Assembly: GCA_049510745.1 (NCBI GenBank)
Contig: JBEKYR010000017.1
Location: 27,873-91,872 of the forward strand
Reading direction: 5' to 3'
Length of the DNA stretch: 64,000 nucleotides
Origin: Verrucomicrobiota bacterium
GTDB taxonomy: Bacteria; Verrucomicrobiota; Verrucomicrobiia; Limisphaerales; Palsa-1400
The position numbers were made by a program, and so were the translations under genes. Shown here piece after piece: positions 49,454-57,936 of this stretch. Below the pieces are notes generated by a model that worked only from the letters and a program-made list of their open reading frames with translations, did not search any database and had not been told where the DNA came from. How positions within the stretch are numbered: position 1 is the stretch's first letter; each line of letters opens with the position of its first letter.

Positions 49454-50693
49454 CGCCGGAAACGCTCCGGCGGAGAAACCGCGCGGGACCTTGCTCATTG
49501 TGGATGATGAGGAAGGACCGAGGCAATCGCTGCGCGTTGTTTTCAAAGAGGATTACAACCTGCTCCTGGCCTCCAACGGCCACGATGCCGTCGAGTTGGC
49601 CAAAAATCATAAAATCAACGCCGCCGTCCTGGACATCCGCATGACCGGCATGAGCGGGACCGAGGTCCTCGAGAAGCTCAAAAGCATCCAGCCTTCCATT
49701 GAAGTCATCATGCTCACCGCTTACGAGACGGTCGATACGGTCCGCCAGGCCTTGCGCCTGGGCGCCTGCGATTACCTCAACAAACCCTTTGATGTCCCCA
49801 CCATCCGCAAAGCCGTCGCCACCGCCATGGAACGGCATTCCTTCGCCGACGAAATCCGGTCCAACAACGAGAAACTCACCGCTCTCCAGGCCGAATTGCA
49901 CGACCAGCGCCTGCAAGAGGAGATCACCCGCACCCGCGGCGAGATTTATGCCAGCATCATCCACGACATCAACGGCCCCTTGACCATCATTTCCGGTTTC
50001 ATTCAAATCATCAACCAGCGCATGGGCGATTCCAAGCGGCTGGAAGGGGAGGACATGGAGATGGTCAAGGACCGGCTCAGGCGCATTACCCGCCAGGTCA
50101 GCAACTGCATCGAAATTTCCCACCGCTACCTCAGCTTCATGCGCCAGCAGCCCGCCGGCCCGGCCCGCACCAACGTCAACCAAATCCTGGACGATTTGCG
50201 CGAACTCCTCAACGTGCATCCCAGCAAGGGCGCCAACACCCTCAAAATTCACACCCTGGCCCAGGAAGTTGAACTCCAGATGAACGGGACCGATCTCATC
50301 CAAATCCTGCTCAATCTGGCCATCAACGCCCTCCAATGCTCCCCCGAACCGCACCTAGTCGATATCGCCGGCCAGATGCTCAACACCGGGGCGGATTTCT
50401 CCCATCTCTACGAGGGGCCGGCGGACCGCATTCTCTACGGGCAAGGCTTCTCCAACACGCCCCCGCTGTTGCTGCTCTCCGTGCGGGACGACGGCCCTGG
50501 AATCCCGCCTGATGTCCTGCCGAAGATTTTTCAGCCTTACTTCACCACCAAGGCGCCCGGCAAAGGCACCGGTTTGGGATTGGCCATCGTCCACCGCCTG
50601 CTCAAAGAGGCCCGCGGCTGTATGCACGTCCATTCCAAGCCCGGCGAAGGCACCTCCTTCAACATCTACCTGCCCGCGACAGTCAAACGCTGA
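49404..50693 (+). CDS. Hybrid response regulator-histidine kinase
   Basis: LIVDDE, DIRM; IIHDINGPL, NLAINA, DDGPGI, FTTK, GTGLGL. Confidence 0.92.
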   Translation: MSSSAMQSASTSATTSSAGNAPAEKPRGTLLIVDDEEGPRQSLRVVFKEDYNLLLASNGHDAVELAKNHKINAAVLDIRMTGMSGTEVLEKLKSIQPSIEVIMLTAYETVDTVRQALRLGACDYLNKPFDVPTIRKAVATAMERHSFADEIRSNNEKLTALQAELHDQRLQEEITRTRGEIYASIIHDINGPLTIISGFIQIINQRMGDSKRLEGEDMEMVKDRLRRITRQVSNCIEISHRYLSFMRQQPAGPARTNVNQILDDLRELLNVHPSKGANTLKIHTLAQEVELQMNGTDLIQILLNLAINALQCSPEPHLVDIAGQMLNTGADFSHLYEGPADRILYGQGFSNTPPLLLLSVRDDGPGIPPDVLPKIFQPYFTTKAPGKGTGLGLAIVHRLLKEARGCMHVHSKPGEGTSFNIYLPATVKR

Positions 50694-51050
50694 ACGCCGC
50701 GCTCCCGGCCCCCGAATCCGTCGCGATTAGGAAAGATTTTCCGCTGGCGTCTTATTCATGGGCTGGTCTTGTCTCAAGGCTCCGTGGCGACCAGCGGGCT
50801 GTCCCCGTGCGGCATTTCGGCTCAGACGGAACATGCGCGGATTCTATGCCGGCCCGGCCCGCGCCGCCAACGCCCAATTTGTGCAAAGCGCCTTGGAATA
50901 ACTGCACTTGGGCGCCGGCGGAACCCATATTCGGTAGGGACGCCGGTGCCCCGCGTCCACTGACCTCTCAGCCGCCGGCGGGCTTCGTTCCGCGGCAAGT
51001 TTCACCGCACGGTGAAGACAGATGCAGACTCATCGGGACAATGGGAGAGA

Positions 51051-51132
51051 CGGGTTTCCCAAGCCTGAGACGAGGCTTCGATTCCCCAGGTCCCCCATAG
51101 CGCGAAGCGCGACGGCGGATTCACCCGCTTCA
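51051..51132 (+). pseudogene. Degenerate tRNA-Gly(CCC) 3' half interrupted by a 33-bp insert (att-like remnant)
   Basis: Anticodon arm CGGGT-TTCCCAA-GCCTG, then AGAC. Removing 51087-51119 gives GAGGCTTCGATTCCCTTCACCCGCTTCA versus GAGGGTTCGATTCCCTTCACCCGCTCCA in the intact tRNA (2 mismatches in 28). Confidence 0.8.
51091..51119. repeat. REP-like palindrome inserted in the tRNA remnant
   Basis: TCCCCCATAGCGCGAAGCGCGACGGCGGA, near-identical to 24300-24329. Confidence 0.7.
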
Positions 51133-51137
51133 TTGAT

Positions 51138-51180
51138 TATCAACGACTTACGAGCCATTGCGGTAAAACCGCAGTAAAAC
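51138..51180 (+). promoter_or_regulatory. IHF consensus plus candidate integrase arm-type direct repeats
   Basis: TATCAACGACTTA matches WATCAANNNNTTR; followed by GCGGTAAAAC-c-GCAGTAAAAC. Confidence 0.55.
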
Positions 51181-51287
51181 GGACCGAAACCACCTTCGCT
51201 CTTTGACGGTTGTCGAATTCAAATCTCGTCGTAACCTGACGCCGCACTTGCGCTATCGCTATCGAATCGGTTAGTTTTCGCTCGCCC

Positions 51288-54200
51288 ATGCTGCTGGACC
51301 AAGCATCTCTTCAATTAGGCTGGCCTGATCGCCGGCAGGTACTCAAGCCTGCTGGCGGGGGCAATCGCGTATTGGCCAATTTGGCGCAGGAAAAAATTGG
51401 GCTTCCGCTAAAGCGTCAAGGTGCGGTACTTGAAGTCGGCGTTTTGTCTCCATCACCTGAATCAGCTAACACCGAAGCGCCACTCGCAATTATTTGTGAA
51501 TTCAGCCAGCGCCCGCCGCCACAGCTTCTTGAATTGGCTCACAAACTGGCTTGGAACTTTTGCCGGACGCGCTTGCTGATCACTGCTGAACGCGACCGGC
51601 TACGCGCTTGGACCTGTTGCAAACCGCCAACAGCAGATTTTAGATCAAAGCTTGTTTTCGACGACTCCGGTTCGGTCAACGGACAGGCGGATTTTCCATC
51701 TCTGTCGCAGACCGCTGCCAGCGCACTTCATTGGGTAAACCTTGTTTCAGGCGAGTTTTTCCGCCGGCGGACAAATCAATTCCGCCCAGACGAACGCGCC
51801 GACGCCTTGCTTTTGGCGAACCTTCGTTTTATCCGAACGGCCTTACTGGAAGCCAACTTGCCGAAGGATGTGTGTCATGATCTCTTGGCGCGGCTGATCT
51901 TCGTCCAGTTCCTCTTTCACCGGAAAGATAAAAGCGGGAAACCATTTCTTGATGAGGCCCTTATGCAAGGTCGTTTGCAGGGACGGTTGTCGCGCTCCCA
52001 CACCGGCCTTGAATCTATTTTAACCGATCGTGACGACACCTATGCTCTCTTTAGGTGGTTAAACGGAAAGTTCAATGGCGATCTGTTTCCCGGAAAAGGA
52101 GGCTCTGCCGCTGCCAAAGAGCGCGAATGGCAAGAAGAGAAGAATCAGGTCGGCAAGAAACATCTGCAGTTGTTGGCCGATTTCGTGTCGGGCCGGATGC
52201 AAATGGAGAGGCACCAGCCAACCCTTTGGCGGGAGTATTCATTTGACACGATTCCGCTCGAATTCATTAGCAGTGTCTATGAGCAATTCGTCAGCGAGGA
52301 CGCTGACCGGCAAAAAGCATACTATACGCCTGCACATTTAGTGGATTTCGTTCTGGACAAGGTAATCCCATGGGACGAAGACGACTGGAACTTGAGAATA
52401 TTAGACCCGGCATGCGGATCGGGAATTTTTTTGGTGAAGGCTTTTCAGCGACTTGTCCATCGTTGGAAACGTGCAAATCGCGGTAAATCACCAAGGGTGT
52501 CGGACCTAAAGCCGATACTTGAGAACAATTTGTTTGGTGTGGATACGAACCATGACGCAGTCCGCGTTGCTTCCTTTAGCCTTTTCCTGGCGATCTGTGA
52601 CGCAATTGATCCTCGGTACTACTGGAAACAGGTTGTGTTTCCTAGGCTGCGTGGGGTTACGATGCTGAAAGCCGACTTCTTCGACGAAGCGGCCGAAGGC
52701 ATCCGGACTCGGGTTGATAGGAGTTCGTTCGATATCGTTATTGGAAATCCACCTTGGGGCGATAATACGACCACGAAAAACAGCACGTTCGCCGAGAAAT
52801 GGGCAAAGAAGAACGCATGGCCCGTTGCAAATGGCGACATTGGTCCATTGTTTCTTGCCAAGGCGGCGGTACTCGCGAAGGAAGCAGGGCAAATTTCTTT
52901 GTTGCAGCCAGCGACGGTTCTGCTCTTCAACAAGTCGCCCCGAGCTCTGAAGTTGCGGACCAAGCTGTTTTTATCTTTGGATGTCGAGGAGATTGCAAAT
53001 CTTTCGGCGCTTCGTTTTGGACTGTTTTCCAAAGCCGTTGGTCCGACATGCATTATCACGGCGCGCAATCGATTACCGCGACCCGAAACAATGATCGAAT
53101 ACGTTGTGCCGAAAGCTTCCAAATCGAATGATGACGAATACCGTGTTGTGATCGAACCACAAGACATCAACCTGGTCCGACTGGACGAAGCTCGGTCTGA
53201 CCCCCTTATATGGTCAGCTTTTTCTTGGGGCGGACCGCGGGATCTAGCTCTTTTGCACCGCCTAGGGCGGTTTGAAACTTTGGAAAGATTGAAATCCCAT
53301 AAAAGGATTGAAACGCGGGAGGGTATTATCCGGGGTGACCGGCAGAAGCGCCAACAGAAAATCCTGGAAAAGCGGATGTTGGAGCAGCCGGATTTCCCTG
53401 AAGAAACGTTTCTCTATTTGGATCCAGAGCGGCTTGGACGGAATGGAGATTCGCAGACTCATTCGGCAGACTCAACTGACTTCACGGCTTTCCATCCACC
53501 CCAGCTTATTTTGAAACAGAGCTGGCGGGTGTCAAAAAAGCGATTCCAAGCAGCGGTCAATGTTGGCAATGAAGGAATTTTTTGTACGCAGAGCTACCTG
53601 ACGATCCATGCGAATCCCGAGTATGAGCACGTTTTGGATGCTGCGTGTCTTAGCTACAACAGCAAACTTGCAGTGTATTTCATGCTGCTGTCCAGCGGAC
53701 GCTTTGCGGCTTACAGGCAAGAGTCACTTGCTGAGGATTTGCTACGCGTTCCGCTGCCGGAGGCGACGAAAGGTTTACTCGAAGGACTCAACAATCTGGA
53801 TGATGTGGATAACCGCGTCCGAACGCTCTTCCGTTTCAAACCATCTGAGTGGGCTTTGGTTGAGGACCTGTTTGGCATCACCTTGCCGGATTTCAAGGGC
53901 GGACCGAATTCGCCTGGTCGGCAACAATCCATTCGCAAGCCGACGACCGCGAGAATATCGACTGACCCCGACCTACACCGTTATGCTGAGCAATTCATCC
54001 GTGTCTTGAATGCGGGCTTTGGCGATGAAAAAACGATTTGTGCTACCATCTTTCAAGAACCGCTGTCCGAACGGTTGCCAGTCCGGTTGATTGCGATTCA
54101 TCTAGATTGGCCGGGAAGAAGGTCCGTGGGAATTGAACCAATGAAGTTGGAGATGTTGCTGCAAAGGCTTGCCAAACTTTACGCTGATTGCATGAAAGCG

Positions 54201-54389
54201 CCCGAAAAGAGACCTGGGTTTTACTTTGAACGGAGTGCTCGCATCTATGCCCCACATCAGACTTCTAGTGGCAACGTTCCCACGGTATTCATAATCAAAC
54301 CTGATCAGCGCCGCCAGTGGACCCGTTCAATGGCTATGCGCGATGCTGACGAAGTCGCCGCCGAAATCATGCGTGCGAAATGGAAATAA
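51288..54389 (+). CDS. Large N6-adenine DNA methyltransferase with TRD (type IIG-like architecture), paralogue 2
   Basis: FNGDLFPGKG, YYTPAHLVDFVLD, ILDPACGSGIFL, GNPPW; collinear with 7021-10176. Confidence 0.92.
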   Translation: MLLDQASLQLGWPDRRQVLKPAGGGNRVLANLAQEKIGLPLKRQGAVLEVGVLSPSPESANTEAPLAIICEFSQRPPPQLLELAHKLAWNFCRTRLLITAERDRLRAWTCCKPPTADFRSKLVFDDSGSVNGQADFPSLSQTAASALHWVNLVSGEFFRRRTNQFRPDERADALLLANLRFIRTALLEANLPKDVCHDLLARLIFVQFLFHRKDKSGKPFLDEALMQGRLQGRLSRSHTGLESILTDRDDTYALFRWLNGKFNGDLFPGKGGSAAAKEREWQEEKNQVGKKHLQLLADFVSGRMQMERHQPTLWREYSFDTIPLEFISSVYEQFVSEDADRQKAYYTPAHLVDFVLDKVIPWDEDDWNLRILDPACGSGIFLVKAFQRLVHRWKRANRGKSPRVSDLKPILENNLFGVDTNHDAVRVASFSLFLAICDAIDPRYYWKQVVFPRLRGVTMLKADFFDEAAEGIRTRVDRSSFDIVIGNPPWGDNTTTKNSTFAEKWAKKNAWPVANGDIGPLFLAKAAVLAKEAGQISLLQPATVLLFNKSPRALKLRTKLFLSLDVEEIANLSALRFGLFSKAVGPTCIITARNRLPRPETMIEYVVPKASKSNDDEYRVVIEPQDINLVRLDEARSDPLIWSAFSWGGPRDLALLHRLGRFETLERLKSHKRIETREGIIRGDRQKRQQKILEKRMLEQPDFPEETFLYLDPERLGRNGDSQTHSADSTDFTAFHPPQLILKQSWRVSKKRFQAAVNVGNEGIFCTQSYLTIHANPEYEHVLDAACLSYNSKLAVYFMLLSSGRFAAYRQESLAEDLLRVPLPEATKGLLEGLNNLDDVDNRVRTLFRFKPSEWALVEDLFGITLPDFKGGPNSPGRQQSIRKPTTARISTDPDLHRYAEQFIRVLNAGFGDEKTICATIFQEPLSERLPVRLIAIHLDWPGRRSVGIEPMKLEMLLQRLAKLYADCMKAPEKRPGFYFERSARIYAPHQTSSGNVPTVFIIKPDQRRQWTRSMAMRDADEVAAEIMRAKWK

Positions 54390-54398
54390 ACATCGCGC

Positions 54399-55076
54399 AT
54401 GAGGCGACGCCAAACAGTTAGCGAGCAACTTTGGCCGAAGGACGCATGCTTCAATTCGCTCAAAGCGTGGCCTGCCGATGCTGGCATTACGATCTTACGG
54501 CGCGTTTGGAGCGCTTATGACGATCTCGGCCGGGAGATATTGGCCAAAGTGGATTGGTCCGCGACGGAAGACGAAGTCGAAAGGAGTTTGACTGCCTATC
54601 ACAGCATTAAAATCCAAGAGTGGCAAACAGGCGACGAACCTTTCATCTTGCATCCGGAAATGCCCGAGTTCGAAACTCGCAAGCCCGCTCCCGCGCGGTC
54701 CAAGGCTTACGATTTCGGCTTCGTCATGCGCGGCGGTGATTACTCGATGGTCTGGCCTATCGAAGCCAAGGTTCTCAAGACGGATCGGAAATTGTCTGGT
54801 TATCTGCGCGATTTGGACGAAAAACTTCTGACGTGCAAGGCCGCGCCATTCTCGCACGAGGGTGCATTGATTGGATACCTGCTCTCAGGAAGCCCCAGCG
54901 TTGTGTTTGAGGGGATCGCTGCTCACATCGGTCAATTGTTATTCTCGCATCCCGTCTTTTCTGGGCGGAATCACCGCACTTCGACTCACAAACGCGATGT
55001 CCCGAGGGACAAGCCTTACCCGAAGGACTTTCTTTGCCATCATCTAGTGATGGAAACTAAACCCGTTATCAACTAA
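54399..55076 (+). CDS. PD-(D/E)xK nuclease-like protein, paralogue 2
   Basis: VERS...AYDFGFV...WPIEAK; same length (225 aa) and motifs as 10173-10850. Confidence 0.75.
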   Translation: MRRRQTVSEQLWPKDACFNSLKAWPADAGITILRRVWSAYDDLGREILAKVDWSATEDEVERSLTAYHSIKIQEWQTGDEPFILHPEMPEFETRKPAPARSKAYDFGFVMRGGDYSMVWPIEAKVLKTDRKLSGYLRDLDEKLLTCKAAPFSHEGALIGYLLSGSPSVVFEGIAAHIGQLLFSHPVFSGRNHRTSTHKRDVPRDKPYPKDFLCHHLVMETKPVIN

Positions 55077-55346
55077 CCGACCATAAAGGGGTTCCTAACA
55101 TGTTCGCATTTTGTCTGTCCGCGTTCACAAAGCCTCCGACTGACGGATTTCCAGGACCCCATCTCCAGCCGGTCGCAGATCCATTTGAGCGGCATCGTCG
55201 TTTCCCGTCGCAACCGCCGCGCCAGGGCGATCTTCACCGGGCCGCCCTTGCGTTGCAACTCCAGAAAAGACCGCTTCCCGGCGGTCGCCGCGGCTCCTCA
55301 AACGATAAATCGCGCCCCGATATTGCAGACGAACCTTTCGCGCCAT
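55073..55346 (-). pseudogene. Internally deleted REP-associated tyrosine (Y1/RAYT-like) transposase
   Basis: N-terminus MARKVRLQYRGAIYRLRSRGDRREAVF joined out of frame to a C-terminal HTH-like KGGPVKIALARRLRRETTMPLKWICDRLEMGSW; the HUH core is missing. Confidence 0.7.
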
Positions 55347-55436
55347 GCTCGAAGGCTCCCCCCTTCCGCCCGCCCTGTCAACCAACAATGCGGCAAGCCA
55401 AAACCTCCTCTTCATCCTGCCTGCCCTGCCATCCCG

Positions 55437-55471
55437 TCCGCCGCAGCTCCGTCCCCCGGAGCGACGGCGGA
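55437..55471. repeat. REP-like palindrome next to the transposase remnant
   Basis: TCCGCCGCAGCTCCG...CGGAGCGACGGCGGA. Confidence 0.6.
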
Positions 55472-55672
55472 TTCATCTGTCCGTCTTTTTCTGGTTGCGG
55501 CTGGCCGCGCTGGGTTCTGCGTCATTCAGCGCGTTCTGCGGGCCTCAGAATCATACTCTTTTCACTGGCTCCCCTTTTTGGGTCGGCTAAAACATCCATA
55601 AGTGCTTATCTCTGCGCTCCTTGCGCTCTCTCGTGGCGATTCCGCACCCGCCATTCTGCACCCTCATAAACT

Positions 55673-55696
55673 CACTGATTCACTGATTCACTGATT
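55673..55696 (+). repeat. CACTGATT x3
   Basis: Direct reading. Confidence 0.85.
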
Positions 55697-55915
55697 CTTT
55701 TCCGGTTCCGACTTCATAATTTTCCAAGAAAAAGTTCTTCCATATTCCAAAAAATAGTGGTAATACCTTAGTCGATGAACCAAGAATCATCACATGGGGG
55801 AGGACGGGGCTTCGGCTCCAGGCGAGCCGCTGGCAACCCGTCGGCCTGCATCCGGGCCGGCGTTCCACCGGCAGATTTTGCCGGTCCGGCTCCTCCGGCA
55901 GATTTCGGTCAAGGC

Positions 55916-55991
55916 AAATCAAACGAAAATCAAACCAAATCAAACTAAATCAGACTAAATCAAACCCCAAACAACAGGGGGGGAGGGGGGG
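55916..55991 (+). repeat. AAATCAAAC x5 at about 10-bp period, followed by G7-A-G7
   Basis: Direct reading. Confidence 0.85.
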
Positions 55992-56150
55992 TATCCATTA
56001 CTCGCCGATGGTCAAATCTGACCAAAAACAAAAATATCGCCAGCGCCGCCAGCCGTCAGGAAATTCAACGCGAGCCTGTTCGGCCGCCGCTTGCCTTGTC
56101 GGCCCGGCCCGGCGTAGTCTGAGCCGGCTTTTGGAATCCATGAAACGCCC

Positions 56151-57488
56151 ATGAATGTTCGTGTTCGCTTTGCGCCCAGTCCGACCGGCTTTTTGCACAT
56201 TGGCGGGGCGCGCACCGCCTTGTTTAACTGGCTCTTTGCCCGCCACACCGGCGGCGCGTTTGTCCTGCGCATCGAGGACACCGACGCCGCCCGCAATACG
56301 CAGCAGGCCACGGAGGTCATCCTCAGCGGTTTGCGCTGGCTCGGCTTGGATTGGGACGAAGGGCCGGCCACGCCAGACCCGGCGGGTCCGAGCAAGGGAG
56401 ATTTTGGCCCCTATTTTCAATCGCAACGCGGCGCCGTTTACCAACGCCGCGTGCGCGAATTGCAGGACAAGGGCTTCGCCTACGAGTCCGGTGGCGCGGT
56501 CAAATTCAAAATGGAACGCCAGCCCATCGTCATTCCCGACCTGGTCGTCGGCAACGTCACGCGCGAATTGACCGACCGCGAGCAGTTGGACCCCGATTTC
56601 GTCATCATCCGCTCCGATGGCCAGCCGGTTTTTCATTTCGTCAACGTGGTCGATGATTTGGAGATGCGGATCACCCACGTCATCCGCGGCGAGGATCATC
56701 TTTCCAACACCGCCAAGCACATCGCGCTCTTCCGCGCCTTTGGCGTCGAGCCGCCGCGGTACGCGCACATTCCGTTGATCCTCAACCCCGACGGCGCCAA
56801 AATGAGCAAGCGCGACCGCGGCGCGTCGCTGCAAAGTTACATCGACGACGGCTGCGCGCCCGAGGCGGTGGCCAATTACCTTTGTCTCCTGGGCTGGTCG
56901 CCGAAGGAAAACCGGGAGAAGATGCCGATGGAGGAAACGATTAAACTATTCGACCTGCCGCAAATCCTCCGCCACAACGCGCGTTTTGATATTGACAAGC
57001 TGCATTGGCTGGACGGCGAATACGTCCGCGAGATGAGCGAGGAACGGTTCCGCGACCTGGGCGCCGCCGCGCTGCAACGCGCCGGCTACAGTGTCGGGAG
57101 TTACCCGCCGCAATACGTGAAAGCCGCCCTGGCCACCTGCAAAGGCAAAATCAAACGCTTCGCCGATCTGGGCGCTTACGGCGGCTTCTACTTCATCGAC
57201 GCGGTGAAAATCGATCCCGCCGTCGCCGCCAAGGATTTTACCGCCGAAAGTCTGGCGCGCCTGAAGAAGTTGCGCGACGCCCTCGCATCATTGGCCGCCT
57301 TCACCGCTCCCGAAATCGAGAAGACGCTCAAGGCCGTCGCCGGCGAATTGGGCGTCAAAGTGGGTGCGCTGGTGCATCCGATGAGGATGGCCTGCACCGG
57401 CAGCGTCGCCGGGCCGAGCTTGTATCATCTGATGGAAGTCCTCGGCCGCGAATCGGTCTTGAAACGAATCAATGCCGTCCTGGGGTAA
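56151..57488 (+). CDS. gltX: Glutamate--tRNA ligase
   Basis: RFAPSPTGFLHIGG, LRIEDTD, HVIRGEDH, KMSKR, anticodon-binding domain. Confidence 0.96.
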   Translation: MNVRVRFAPSPTGFLHIGGARTALFNWLFARHTGGAFVLRIEDTDAARNTQQATEVILSGLRWLGLDWDEGPATPDPAGPSKGDFGPYFQSQRGAVYQRRVRELQDKGFAYESGGAVKFKMERQPIVIPDLVVGNVTRELTDREQLDPDFVIIRSDGQPVFHFVNVVDDLEMRITHVIRGEDHLSNTAKHIALFRAFGVEPPRYAHIPLILNPDGAKMSKRDRGASLQSYIDDGCAPEAVANYLCLLGWSPKENREKMPMEETIKLFDLPQILRHNARFDIDKLHWLDGEYVREMSEERFRDLGAAALQRAGYSVGSYPPQYVKAALATCKGKIKRFADLGAYGGFYFIDAVKIDPAVAAKDFTAESLARLKKLRDALASLAAFTAPEIEKTLKAVAGELGVKVGALVHPMRMACTGSVAGPSLYHLMEVLGRESVLKRINAVLG

Positions 57489-57489
57489 A

Positions 57490-57517
57490 GGAAGAAGGAT
57501 GAAGGATGAAGGAAGAA
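57490..57517 (+). repeat. Heptamer array GGATGAA/GGAAGAA (left arm)
   Basis: Four units; reverse complement of the right arm. Confidence 0.85.
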
Positions 57518-57859
57518 GTGGATTTACGAAGGCGAACGACGACCTTCGCGTTGCGCGTAGTTCGGATGTTCTCCGCTTTGCCGAAAACGACCGAGGCCCG
57601 CGTGCTGGGTCAACAGGTGTTGCGCTCCGGCACTTCGGTGGGCGCCAACTATCGGGAAGCGCACCGTGGGCGGAGCAAGGCCGAATTTGTCGCCAAATGT
57701 GGCGATGCTCTGCGTGAACTGGAGGAAACCGCCTACTGGTTCGAACTTCTCGTGGACGGAAAGATCGTGCCCGCCGCCAAATTATCCGCACTCCGGGCGG
57801 AGTGCGACGAACTAATCGCCATCTTCGTAACGATCATCAAGAAGGCGAAGGCCCAGTAA
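57506..57859 (+). CDS. Four-helix-bundle protein (23S rRNA IVP/bAvd-like family)
   Basis: RTTTFALRV...QVLRSGTSVGANYREA...F..K...RELEETAYW. Confidence 0.9.
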   Translation: MKEEVDLRRRTTTFALRVVRMFSALPKTTEARVLGQQVLRSGTSVGANYREAHRGRSKAEFVAKCGDALRELEETAYWFELLVDGKIVPAAKLSALRAECDELIAIFVTIIKKAKAQ

Positions 57860-57861
57860 GC

Positions 57862-57936
57862 TTCATCCTTCATACTTGGCCCACTTCTTCCTTCATCCTT
57901 CATACTTCTTCCTTCATCCTTCATCCTTCTTCCTTC
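57862..57936 (+). repeat. Heptamer array TTCATCC/TTCATAC/TTCTTCC (right arm)
   Basis: About nine units; overlaps the acnA stop codon. Confidence 0.85.

Noticed and set aside
51051..51132. Functional tRNA-Gly(CCC)
   Set aside because: The 5' acceptor strand is not recognisable, G53 is mutated, CCA reads TCA, and a 33-bp insert splits the T stem
57490..57936. CRISPR array or diversity-generating retroelement
   Set aside because: Repeats are 7-bp tandem units without spacers; no cas gene, reverse transcriptase or TR/VR pair in the window
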